Shown: positions 1 to 7,498 of the stretch, piece by piece
Layout: each line of letters begins with the position of its first letter
How positions within the stretch are numbered: position 1 is the first letter of the stretch
Source: Pseudomonadota bacterium
Lineage (GTDB): Bacteria > UBA10199 > 2-02-FULL-44-16 > JAAZCA01
Direction: 5' to 3'
Assembly: GCA_043822785.1 (NCBI GenBank)
Contig: JBDRBN010000022.1
Span: 1 to 24,782, forward strand
Length of the DNA stretch: 24,782 bases
Translations under genes and position numbers: made by a program
The notes under the pieces: model-generated
The model's database searches: none
Told to the model about the DNA's origin: nothing
Seen by the model: only the letters and a program-made list of their open reading frames with translations

Positions 1-658
1 TACGTCTGATTGCCAGTGGAATGAGGCTTGCTGCTATGAGCAGAAAACCCAATGGATTTGCTGCAGCACCTGGTAGCATGCTGCAAGCGCCACCACCATC
101 AGCACCAAGGCCAGATGTAGTTATATCAAGCGCAGTCTCATCGACCGTCTCCACTGCACCAGGGCAGCCAAAGTTATCTTCAGTTCCCACCTCATCTGGA
201 CACTCGTCTAACTCATCGCTTACGCCATCGCCATCAGAGTCAACAATTGGATCTGGATCAGCTGCAGGTTGGGCCTCACATACATCACCCACACCATTAT
301 TATCCTCGTCCTCTTGTCCTGGATTTGAATCATCAACACAGTTGTCACATACATCGCCCACTCCATCGCCATCAGTGTCTTTTTGATCGGTATTTGGATC
401 ATCAATACAATTGTCGCACACATCGCCCCTATTATCGCTATCGCCGTCCTCTTGGACTAGATTGACATCATATGGACAATTGTCTAAGCCATTTTTCACA
501 GTATCTCCATCTGCATCACCAATTAGCCATACTTGGTAAGTTTTAGACTCAAGTATAGAAACCTCCTCACCCGGCTGATAAACCTTTGCACTAGCTATTC
601 CATGATATGCGCACACAACAAGCGCTGCTATTGCAAATACGAAAATTATCTTCTTCAT
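1..658 (-). CDS. Secreted thrombospondin type-3 repeat (Ca-binding) protein with C-terminal sorting signal; stop codon lies just outside the window
   Basis: Not in the ORF track; translated by hand from ATG at 658 (GGAGAG RBS upstream). MKKIIFVFAIAALVVCAYHGIASA signal peptide, then DGDTVKNGLDNCP, DNRGDVCDNC, DTDGDGVGDVCDNC, DNNGVGDVCE and DSDGDGVSDELDECP repeats, ending GGGACSMLPGAAANPLGFLLIAASLIPLAIRR. Confidence 0.85.
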   Translation of the reverse strand, partial: MKKIIFVFAIAALVVCAYHGIASAKVYQPGEEVSILESKTYQVWLIGDADGDTVKNGLDNCPYDVNLVQEDGDSDNRGDVCDNCIDDPNTDQKDTDGDGVGDVCDNCVDDSNPGQEDEDNNGVGDVCEAQPAADPDPIVDSDGDGVSDELDECPDEVGTEDNFGCPGAVETVDETALDITTSGLGADGGGACSMLPGAAANPLGFLLIAASLIPLAIRR

Positions 659-682
659 AATACTCTCTCCTTTATAAGGTTA

Positions 683-1486
683 TTATTTACGCTTGATCGC
701 AAGCGGTATAAACGCAAACGCCATAAGCAGAAAGGCTATAGGATTTGCTGATGCGCTGCCTACCATGCTGCAGTGACCACTGGAGCCGGCGCTGATAGTT
801 GGATCGCCGAAACGAATTTCCACATCAGAACCTACACCGCTATCCTTTTCCTCATTCAGGCCGGCCGCAGCATCCACATATAGATCGTATGCTGCCGTCA
901 CACTCTCCACAGCACTTTCGCCTGATTCAGAAGACTCATCATCTTCCGGGACCACGTTTACCTCGAGTTCAGGGATCACAAATCCATCAGTATCCACGAC
1001 GAGTGTCTCACCAACTACTTTGACAAATTCCGGTACTACGAACGTAAGTTCCTCTTCGTCATCAACGTCTCCATCAACGATGACGAGGATGTCTTTTATT
1101 TTCTTTACCCCTGCAGGAGGAACGAACTTGATCTTGTTACAGTCGTCGTCCTCTATCGGTACCAAGATCATCACGCTCTCCAGCCCATCTTCATCTTCTA
1201 CAGTGATTTCTGCCCTGATCGGTTCGTCCTGCCATGTGTAGTTCAGGTCGGAATTAGCATCCAAATCAATTGATTCGCGAACGTATTCCTTTTCCTCGAC
1301 AGTACCATCTATGCTTATGTATCCTGAAGTATCTTTGCCCGAATCTGTGTTTCCGGTTTCTTCTATCACCGGTAAGTCGGCTACCGTACCAGAACCATCA
1401 GATGCAGTACGGCTGCCTGACGCTGTATGGCACAGGGCAAACACAAAAATTGCCGTGACTGCTATTGAAAGAATAAGTTTCTTCAT
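683..1486 (-). CDS. Secreted acidic protein with the same C-terminal sorting signal
   Basis: ORF 683-1501; more likely start MKKLILSIAV at 1486 (GAGGG RBS). Signal peptide, D/E-rich body, C-terminus GSSGHCSMVGSASANPIAFLLMAFAFIPLAIKRK. Confidence 0.8.
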   Translation of the reverse strand: MKKLILSIAVTAIFVFALCHTASGSRTASDGSGTVADLPVIEETGNTDSGKDTSGYISIDGTVEEKEYVRESIDLDANSDLNYTWQDEPIRAEITVEDEDGLESVMILVPIEDDDCNKIKFVPPAGVKKIKDILVIVDGDVDDEEELTFVVPEFVKVVGETLVVDTDGFVIPELEVNVVPEDDESSESGESAVESVTAAYDLYVDAAAGLNEEKDSGVGSDVEIRFGDPTISAGSSGHCSMVGSASANPIAFLLMAFAFIPLAIKRK

Positions 1487-1530
1487 ATTTTTCCCTCTCA
1501 ATACCCCCGTGGAATTTCATACGATATACA

Positions 1531-1546
1531 TGCACACATCGTGCCA
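1531..1546 (-). promoter_or_regulatory. Sigma-54 (-24/-12) promoter for the two CTERM genes
   Basis: Minus strand TGGCACGATGTGTGCA fits TGGCACG-N4-TTGCW with exact GG-N10-GC spacing, 45 nt upstream of the 1486 start. Confidence 0.6.
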
Positions 1547-1572
1547 TGAATGGCACGATAATTTGCCTTTAT

Positions 1573-1585
1573 TATCAAATAGTTA
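1573..1585 (+). promoter_or_regulatory. Candidate IHF site
   Basis: TATCAAATAGTTA matches WATCAA-N4-TTR, ~30 bp upstream of the sigma-54 site. Confidence 0.4.
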
Positions 1586-1647
1586 TTGATTCTTTTGATA
1601 GGTGAAATGGGGAGATAGAGCTAAAACTGGGGACTTGAGACACCTAA

Positions 1648-1728
1648 AATCAGTGACCAGTAATCAGTTACCAGCAAAACCTGGTGAATTACACTGGTTA
1701 CTGGTTACTAATCACTGGTCACTGATTT
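1648..1728. repeat. Inverted heptamer array, family A (TGACCAG/CTGGTCA)
   Basis: cagtgaccagtaatcagttaccag-caaaac-ctggt...ctggttactggttactaatcactggtcactg; contains the sctT stop codon. Confidence 0.85.
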
Positions 1729-2630
1729 ATGGTCTTTACTTTAGGCACGCCTTCTTCAGGTTTGGGCAGGCCCTCTTCAGGCGCAGGCAGCTCCGGTGCA
1801 CCTTGTGGCACCTTGCCTTGCAAAAGTTCTATTGTCTGATCCACATATCCGGTGCTCTTGAGGGAGTAATACTCAAGCTGGTCGCAAATAACTGTTATTG
1901 AGATGAAAACCATGAGGATGCCGAGATAGCCCTTCACTGTAAAACCAAGCATCCAGACATTGATCTGTGGCGCCACGCGGTTTGCTATACCAAGTATGAG
2001 ATCGGCTAGTAGAATGCCTATGATAACCGGCATGGCCATCTGCATGGCGATGAATATAACCTGTCCTGTGACCTGCATAAACAGATCAGCAAGAGGAAAC
2101 ATGCCAGGACCCGTAACCGGAAATTCCAGCACAGGCAACTCTCTGAAGCTCTGAAAAAACGAATCTAAGAAATATATGTGCCCGCCAATGCTCAGATAGA
2201 GCACTATGCCTAACTGAAAAAGAAAAATACCAGAAACCGATGCTTGTTCTCCCAGCTGGGGAAGGATTGAACGCGCAATGGACATGCCGCGCTGGTTGTC
2301 GATCATCTGCCCAACTGAGCTAAACGCATAAAACATTATGCCGACCATAAAACCTATGGCCAGGCCATAGAATGCTTCTTTCATATAGAGCACTACCAAG
2401 AGCATTAAGTTCTCGGTCAGAGGCGGCGGAGTTTCAGGCTTTATGTGAGGGAACACAAAAAAGGTAAGCGCCATAGTAGCACCCACCAACACATAGCGGG
2501 GCACGGGCTTTCCGAATAAAAAGGGAAGCACTGTTGCCATGGCAAGCACCCTTACCCATATCAATGAAAAGAAAATGAGATAAAAGGAGACGTTTACGTC
2601 AACGCCGAGTTTTCTGAAGAGTTCATCCAT
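1719..2630 (-). CDS. sctT: T3SS export apparatus protein SctT (FliR/SpaR family)
   Basis: Multi-TM; VGQMIDNQRG and LGIANRVAPQINVWMLGFTVK motifs; follows sctS; Pro/Glu-rich C-terminal tail. Confidence 0.93.
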   Translation of the reverse strand: MDELFRKLGVDVNVSFYLIFFSLIWVRVLAMATVLPFLFGKPVPRYVLVGATMALTFFVFPHIKPETPPPLTENLMLLVVLYMKEAFYGLAIGFMVGIMFYAFSSVGQMIDNQRGMSIARSILPQLGEQASVSGIFLFQLGIVLYLSIGGHIYFLDSFFQSFRELPVLEFPVTGPGMFPLADLFMQVTGQVIFIAMQMAMPVIIGILLADLILGIANRVAPQINVWMLGFTVKGYLGILMVFISITVICDQLEYYSLKSTGYVDQTIELLQGKVPQGAPELPAPEEGLPKPEEGVPKVKTINQ

Positions 2631-2636
2631 AATAAA

Positions 2637-2771
2637 ACCAGTGATCAGTAACCAGTAATCAGTTACCAGTTATTATGATATACTGTAAAAATTTTGGTCA
2701 CTGGTCACTGGTCACTGGTCACTGGTCACTGGTCACTGGTCACTGGTCACTGGTCACTGGTCACTGGTCAC
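2637..2771. repeat. Inverted heptamer array, family A, including 11 perfect TGGTCAC copies
   Basis: Degenerate ACCAGT(G/A/T) arm 2637-2670; (TGGTCAC)11 at 2695-2771 abutting the sctS stop. Confidence 0.95.
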
Positions 2772-3037
2772 TACTTTACATACACCGGAATTGCCTCATA
2801 TATAGACGAAGCGAATGCCAAGAGCTGGGCAAGCATCCAGGGACCAGAGATGGCTAGAATGGCAACCACACCCACAAGCTTTGGAACAAAGGTAAGCGTC
2901 TGCTCCTGTATCTGGGTTGTGGCCTGAAGGATGCTTATGGTAAGACCGACGAGCAATGCAGTCATCACCGGCGGACCGGTGAGGATGAGCACCAAAAATA
3001 ATGTCTGCTTAGTTATGGCTACAAAGTATTCAGGCAT
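2771..3037 (-). CDS. sctS: T3SS export apparatus protein SctS (FliQ family)
   Basis: 88 aa; VGLTISILQATTQIQEQTLTFVPKL signature. Confidence 0.96.
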   Translation of the reverse strand: MPEYFVAITKQTLFLVLILTGPPVMTALLVGLTISILQATTQIQEQTLTFVPKLVGVVAILAISGPWMLAQLLAFASSIYEAIPVYVK

Positions 3038-3067
3038 ATAAATCTATTAACCTTTCATCTATAATTT

Positions 3068-3137
3068 AGCTCAAAGCTGAAAGCTCAAAGCATCCTCTTA
3101 TTAGCCTTTCAGCATTCACCTTTGACCTTTGACCTCT
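3068..3137. repeat. Inverted heptamer array, family D (AGCTCAA/CTTTGAC)
   Basis: agctcaa agctgaa agctcaa ... ctttcag cattcac ctttgac ctttgac between sctR and sctS. Confidence 0.6.
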
Positions 3138-3138
3138 A

Positions 3139-3933
3139 TCATACATAACCCAGTATCAGCCCCTTCGCAATTATGTGCCAGCCGTCCACGAGTACGAAGA
3201 GAAGGAGTTTAAACGGCAACGAGATGGTAATGGGCGATATCTGGAACATACCAAGCGAAAGCAGCACATTTGCTATGACAAGATCTATGATCAAAAACGG
3301 CAAGAATATTATGAACCCTATCTGAAATGCCTCAGTCAGCTCGCTCACCACAAATGCTGGTATGAGATTTATAAAATCCTTATCAGATATATCGGCCCTG
3401 TCCTCTTCCTTAACCCTTAGCTTTAGCGCAAGGTTGTAGAAGAGCGAGCGCTCTTGCGAATGAACATGTTTTATTAGAAAATCTCTGAGAGGTTCTTTGC
3501 CTTCATCAACTGCTGTGGCCAACAGTTTGATAGATGCCTGAGATAGGAGCGGCTGGTTGGTACCCTGATTTATGGTCTTTCCGGCAACGCGATAGATGTC
3601 ATAGCCAACCGGCACCATGATGTATATCGTAAGGATCATGGCAAGGCCTGTTATGATGAGGTTTGGCGGAACCTGCTGCGTGCCCATTGCATTTCTGACC
3701 AGCGCCATGACAACCGCTATCTTCACAAACGATGTAACCATCATGACGATAAAAGGCGTAAGGGAGAGACCTGCCAAGACTACGAGCAACACGAGCGGCT
3801 TTGAGACGCCCACCTCGCCAGCCTGTGCCCACGCAGCTGTAGAAAAGAAGAAGGCGGAAAGCGCAAGTGATGCTGCGATTACCGCCTTTTTGTGCTTCTT
3901 GAGAAACGACGCTGAAAATATATGACTTCGCAT
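3139..3933 (-). CDS. sctR: T3SS export apparatus protein SctR (FliP family) with N-terminal signal-peptide-like segment
   Basis: TSFVKIAVV..RNAMGTQQVPPN, PAFVVSELTEAFQIGF and ISLPFKLLLFVLVDGW motifs. Confidence 0.96.
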   Translation of the reverse strand: MRSHIFSASFLKKHKKAVIAASLALSAFFFSTAAWAQAGEVGVSKPLVLLVVLAGLSLTPFIVMMVTSFVKIAVVMALVRNAMGTQQVPPNLIITGLAMILTIYIMVPVGYDIYRVAGKTINQGTNQPLLSQASIKLLATAVDEGKEPLRDFLIKHVHSQERSLFYNLALKLRVKEEDRADISDKDFINLIPAFVVSELTEAFQIGFIIFLPFLIIDLVIANVLLSLGMFQISPITISLPFKLLLFVLVDGWHIIAKGLILGYV

Positions 3934-3957
3934 AGGAAATTCAGAAGTTAGACCGTG

Positions 3958-4039
3958 TTGTCATCCTGAGCGCTAGCGAAGGATCCCGGTAAACCTGCTG
4001 CTATACGGGGACTCTTCGCCTGTCGGCTCAGAGTGACAA
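3958..4039. repeat. REP-like palindromic element (TGTCATCCTGAGC type)
   Basis: ttgtcatcctgagc..gcgaaggatccc ... gggactcttcgc..gctcagagtgacaa, imperfect inverted repeat. Confidence 0.75.
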
Positions 4040-4048
4040 ACCGAAAAT

Positions 4049-4426
4049 CTAGTTTCTGGCTTCTGGCTTCTGGCTTCTATCTTCTTTTAGCTCCTTAGCC
4101 TCATCTTCAGAAAGTTCAGCGATAGTATTAATAGCATGATCTGTAACACCGAGCACCAAATATCTTTTGCCTATTTCCACAAGATAGAGCAACTTTCTAG
4201 GCTCTATGGCCTGTCTGGCTTTTATATTAAAGAGGCTTCCCTGCTGAAAGCGTTTGTAAAATGCCGTGCGCGGCACTCCGTATTTAAGTATGAGAACAGC
4301 AAGGATGCTCACAAAGCCCAAAATAAAGAGCATCTTGATGAAAAGCCACGTAAAATCTACTGCTGATTCAGCAGTAGCTGGAACCGTTTGAACTTTCGCC
4401 GCTGTCAGTAAAAGAATCGAAAGCAT
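4049..4426 (-). CDS. fliO: FliO-like protein (export-gate assembly chaperone)
   Basis: 125 aa; single TM followed by IKARQAIEPRKLLYLVEIGKRYLVLGVTDHAINTIAEL; directly upstream of sctR/fliP. Confidence 0.85.
   Translation of the reverse strand: MLSILLLTAAKVQTVPATAESAVDFTWLFIKMLFILGFVSILAVLILKYGVPRTAFYKRFQQGSLFNIKARQAIEPRKLLYLVEIGKRYLVLGVTDHAINTIAELSEDEAKELKEDRSQKPEARN
4054..4081. repeat. Heptamer array, family E (TTCTGGC)3, inside the fliO 3' end
   Basis: ttctggc x3 + ttctatc; encodes the C-terminal DRSQKPEARN. Confidence 0.7.
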
Positions 4427-4443
4427 ATTAAATGATTACTTGA

Positions 4444-4562
4444 ATGTCATTGCGAGCCCAGCACCGTATGGTGCTGGGCGAAGCAATCCCAGAATTTTCG
4501 GAGATTGCTTCGCGAAGCTTGCCCTGAGCGAGCTGCGCGAGTCGAAGGGCTCGCAATGACAT
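4444..4562. repeat. Composite REP-like palindrome (GTCATTGCGAG type) with nested hairpins
   Basis: Perfect 16-bp terminal IR atgtcattgcgagccc/gggctcgcaatgacat; internal gcgaagcaatc/gattgcttcgc; inserted cccagcacc-gtat-ggtgctggg and gccctgagcg..gtcgaagggc. Confidence 0.85.
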
Positions 4563-4576
4563 ACCATTTTGCTGCT

Positions 4577-5035
4577 TTATCTTACCATCTTAAGTATTCT
4601 AACTCCCAGTTGCCCGTCCATATCCACAAGTTCGCCTCGAGCTATCATCCTGCCGTTTACCACTACATCCACGGTCTCTCCTGGTGGCCTGCCAAGATCA
4701 ATCACCTGACCAATTTTCGCTGCCATCAGATCGCCCACAGTTGTTGTGGTCTTTCCTATTACAGCTACGAGGTTGACAGGAACTTCAGGAGCGAGTTCCA
4801 AGAGGGAATCTGCAAAGTTCTCAGGCTCGCCTGCACCTTCAGCGATTTCTGGCGAAGCTTTAGGCTCCTCGATTGGAGCCTCAAGGTCAGAGAAATCAAG
4901 CGGGCCCTCTTCCTCAGAAGGAATGGCGTGCGCTTCAGTATCCTTGCCCGATGGCGTGCTCTCCTCCCACTCTTCAAATGCCTCAAGCTCATCAATTTCA
5001 GTTTCTATAGTTTTCTTGCTCTCGCTGTTTACCAT
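4577..5035 (-). CDS. fliN: FliN/SctQ C-terminal (SpoA) protein with acidic N-terminus
   Basis: EVPVNLVAVIGK...GQVIDLGRPPGETVDVVVNGRMIARGELVDMDGQLGVRI; likely start MVNSES at 5035 (AAGGGAG RBS) rather than 5128. Confidence 0.88.
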   Translation of the reverse strand: MVNSESKKTIETEIDELEAFEEWEESTPSGKDTEAHAIPSEEEGPLDFSDLEAPIEEPKASPEIAEGAGEPENFADSLLELAPEVPVNLVAVIGKTTTTVGDLMAAKIGQVIDLGRPPGETVDVVVNGRMIARGELVDMDGQLGVRILKMVR

Positions 5036-5036
5036 A

Positions 5037-5960
5037 TCATACTCCCTTATGTATGTCTGTGATCTTGCATCTAGCACGCTTGGGTTCAAGCGTGAGCGTG
5101 GCATCGAGTCCACCCCATGCACCATCACCTATGCGCAAAATTGACTTACCTGCTAAACCTTCAGAGAGCTTAAGATCACCTTGTTCAAATAAAACTACAT
5201 CGCCCTCTTCCAGCTGTTTGAGATCTGCACCGGTTAATGTTGTACGACCGGCTTCTGCCCAAAGTGGAACTTTTATATAATCAAAGCGGGTCATTTGCTC
5301 GCGTGCATATTGGCGTTCAAGAGGTCGCTCCTCATCAGGAGCTTGAACGTTGAGAAGTCCCTCCTCCACAAATGGATCTGTAAAGATCAGACGCACAAAG
5401 CCAGAATGCCGTCCGAGCGTAGCGCGGAATACCAGCGCTGCAACGTCTGTATCTGAATTTGCCAATGGAGCTATAGCATCAGAGCCAAAAGCAAAGCGTT
5501 CAAAGCGAAAATGAACGCGCGCGTCCATTCCACAGGCCCGATGTATTTGGGCCAAAAGCTGAAGTAACAGATACTGCAAGATGCCCTGCTCTGTTTCTGA
5601 TAGCGCGCGAGGCTCAGGCATGGTCTCGACATGGCCACCTAACATCCTCTCCACAGCCATCATGGCGAGCGTTAAATCGATCTCGCACAACAGTTTACTG
5701 TGCTGAGGCATTAGTCCTATGACTATGACAAGCGCGTGCTTAGGAAGCTTTGCCAAAAAAGATGAATACGACTCGTGGTTTACCGCTGCAAGCTTCAAAG
5801 AAAAGCCATCACCAAGATGGCGCTCTACAGCAGCGCAAATACCACCCAAAAGGTGTTCGCGAACATGAGCCTTAGGAAGATAGGAATATATAGCATCGAG
5901 TAGTTGCTGATGCCTCTTGGACACCTTCTTGAGTTTGAGATGATAAGGCGTGATGGCCAT
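5037..5960 (-). CDS. sctQ: SctQ/FliM-like C-ring (sorting platform) protein
   Basis: LAMMAVERMLGG..PRALSETEQGIL (FliM-like middle domain) plus SpoA-like VPLWAEAGRTTLTGADLKQLEEGDVVLF. Confidence 0.8.
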   Translation of the reverse strand: MAITPYHLKLKKVSKRHQQLLDAIYSYLPKAHVREHLLGGICAAVERHLGDGFSLKLAAVNHESYSSFLAKLPKHALVIVIGLMPQHSKLLCEIDLTLAMMAVERMLGGHVETMPEPRALSETEQGILQYLLLQLLAQIHRACGMDARVHFRFERFAFGSDAIAPLANSDTDVAALVFRATLGRHSGFVRLIFTDPFVEEGLLNVQAPDEERPLERQYAREQMTRFDYIKVPLWAEAGRTTLTGADLKQLEEGDVVLFEQGDLKLSEGLAGKSILRIGDGAWGGLDATLTLEPKRARCKITDIHKGV

Positions 5961-6004
5961 AGATAGGTTTTTTTATATCACGGAGTTAGAGGGATATCAA
6001 ACAG

Positions 6005-6787
6005 TTAAGCAATTGTTATCTCATCCACCTCTATGCCCTTCTTGGCCAGGGCATCGCGGATGGCATCACTATTTTTCTCGAATATCTCTCTTCCTTTTTT
6101 GTCTGAAGTTCGAAAATGTACTCCAACTTTACCTTCCCTGGCGATCACACGCAGCTTAAGGCCCCTGAAGATCTTCTGGTGAAGATCTACTTGTATCTCC
6201 TTGTCGCCAGAGCGGTTGATGCCGATCCTCACGTACTGAACAATCTTGTCGAGCACATGCTGAGTAAGCGCTGCTTGCGACGGCGTTGCAGCTTCTTTTG
6301 CAGCTCTAGCCATCTTTGCAGCAAACTGCTTTTGCAGATCCATAGGAATCGTTTTGACTCCAGCTTTTGTAAGCATCTTGCTAAGCCCACGCTTTGCTGT
6401 GGAGCCATCGTACCCCCCCTGCTTACCACCACCGCTTTGACCACGGCCCCCTTGGCCTCGGCCGCCTTTGCCCACCACCTTTTGGCTGGCAATAGTGGCA
6501 TCTGCGCGCTCGCCAGTTTGCCTTGTCTCTTTCTTCTCCTTACGCTCCTCCTTTTCCTTCTCTCTCATCTCGCGTTGACGTTCTTGCCGCTTTGCAGCCT
6601 CTTCCATGGCCTGCTCAGTGACTGGCTTGATGTGCTCTTTTGCAGCCTGCCCTGCTTGAGGCATCTGTCCCTTTTTAAGCTGCTTATCGAACTCGCTCTC
6701 AGCTGTTTTGGGCTTGGCCTTTTCAATTGCCTGCTGACGAATGCGCTCCTGTCGCGTTGCCTCTGATTTTTTTACATCGTCTACCAT
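6005..6787 (-). CDS. sctP: SctP/FliK-like length-control protein
   Basis: Charged low-complexity N-terminus; C-terminal FliK-C/T3S4-like EIQVDLHQKIFRGLKLRVIAREGKVGVHF...IRDALAKKGIEVDEI; lies between sctO and sctQ. Confidence 0.75.
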   Translation of the reverse strand: MVDDVKKSEATRQERIRQQAIEKAKPKTAESEFDKQLKKGQMPQAGQAAKEHIKPVTEQAMEEAAKRQERQREMREKEKEERKEKKETRQTGERADATIASQKVVGKGGRGQGGRGQSGGGKQGGYDGSTAKRGLSKMLTKAGVKTIPMDLQKQFAAKMARAAKEAATPSQAALTQHVLDKIVQYVRIGINRSGDKEIQVDLHQKIFRGLKLRVIAREGKVGVHFRTSDKKGREIFEKNSDAIRDALAKKGIEVDEITIA

Positions 6788-6815
6788 ATTAAAACCTCCG
6801 TAAATTTCCCTATCT

Positions 6816-6850
6816 ACCCCACCCTAACCCTCCCCTACAAAGGGGAGGGA
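6816..6850. repeat. Short palindromic element
   Basis: accccaccctaa-ccctcccct-acaa-aggggaggg hairpin. Confidence 0.6.
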
Positions 6851-6854
6851 ATTC

Positions 6855-6891
6855 GTTGCTTGCGTTTCTCGCGTGTCTCGCCTTTCTCGCT
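6855..6891. repeat. Nonamer array, family B (GCGAGAAAG)
   Basis: Minus strand gcgagaaag gcgagacac gcgagaaac gcaagcaac, just after the sctO stop. Confidence 0.8.
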
Positions 6892-6897
6892 TATTTA

Positions 6898-7413
6898 TTA
6901 TACCTCAAACAATGATTTCTCACCACGCCAGCGCCTGAGCTGATGTATGGTTCCGCCTAGCTCATCCATCTCCTTTTGCTCTTTGCGCGAAATTTCTTGG
7001 CTCACCTTTTTCTGCCAAAGCTCCTTGTGCTTTTCCATCACCTGCAGCTCGCGCGCAGCGTCTATATATTCGCGCCTTGCCGCAGCCACCGCAGTCTCGC
7101 AATCCTCTACCACCTGCTCCTGATCCTCTATCTCCATCTGCTTTTCTTCTTCGTCTTCCTTTAGTTTACGCAAGAAGTTGACGTGTACGTTGCTCTCTTT
7201 GACTATAAGGCCGGCCTTCTCTTTTCTCTTCATCTCAGCACGAGCTTGTTTCCATCTCTCGATTATCTTCTCCTTCTCTTTCTCAAGCTCCTCTAGGCGC
7301 TCCTTCGCCTCTTTGAGAGCGATCAGCGCCTTTGCTAGCACTAGCTCGGCCTTTTTCTTCAATCTGGCCTTAAGATTAAGCAAGGCCTGTAATCTGTATT
7401 TTTGTGGCGGCAT
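6898..7413 (-). CDS. sctO: SctO/FliJ stalk protein
   Basis: 171-aa coiled coil, KYRLQALLNLK...EQKEMDE; immediately downstream of the ATPase. Confidence 0.85.
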   Translation of the reverse strand: MPPQKYRLQALLNLKARLKKKAELVLAKALIALKEAKERLEELEKEKEKIIERWKQARAEMKRKEKAGLIVKESNVHVNFLRKLKEDEEEKQMEIEDQEQVVEDCETAVAAARREYIDAARELQVMEKHKELWQKKVSQEISRKEQKEMDELGGTIHQLRRWRGEKSLFEV

Positions 7414-7417
7414 ATCT

Positions 7418-7498
7418 CAGTGACCAGTGACCAGTGACCAGTGACCAGTGACCAGTGACCAGCAAAACCTGGTAACTGGTTACTAGTTACTGGTCACT
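7418..7498. repeat. Inverted heptamer array, family A
   Basis: (TGACCAG)6 at 7421-7462, loop caaaac, then ctggtaactggttactagttactggtcact overlapping the sctN stop. Confidence 0.93.

Noticed and set aside
21..386. Ser/Pro-rich plus-strand ORF and other antisense ORFs (e.g. 4505-5062, 6116-6766)
   Set aside because: Shadow frames of well-supported minus-strand genes
2637..2771. Possible CRISPR array
   Set aside because: 7-bp tandem units without unique spacers; no cas genes
2675..2927. ORFs with HWSLVTG repeats (2675-2857, 2694-2927; also 1602-1901, 8909-9136, 19303-19521)
   Set aside because: Translations of the heptamer DNA repeat, antisense to or overlapping real genes
5995..6007. IHF-consensus matches at 5995-6007 and 13467-13479
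   Set aside because: Short degenerate motif with no adjacent sigma-54 site identified; may be chance in AT-rich spacers
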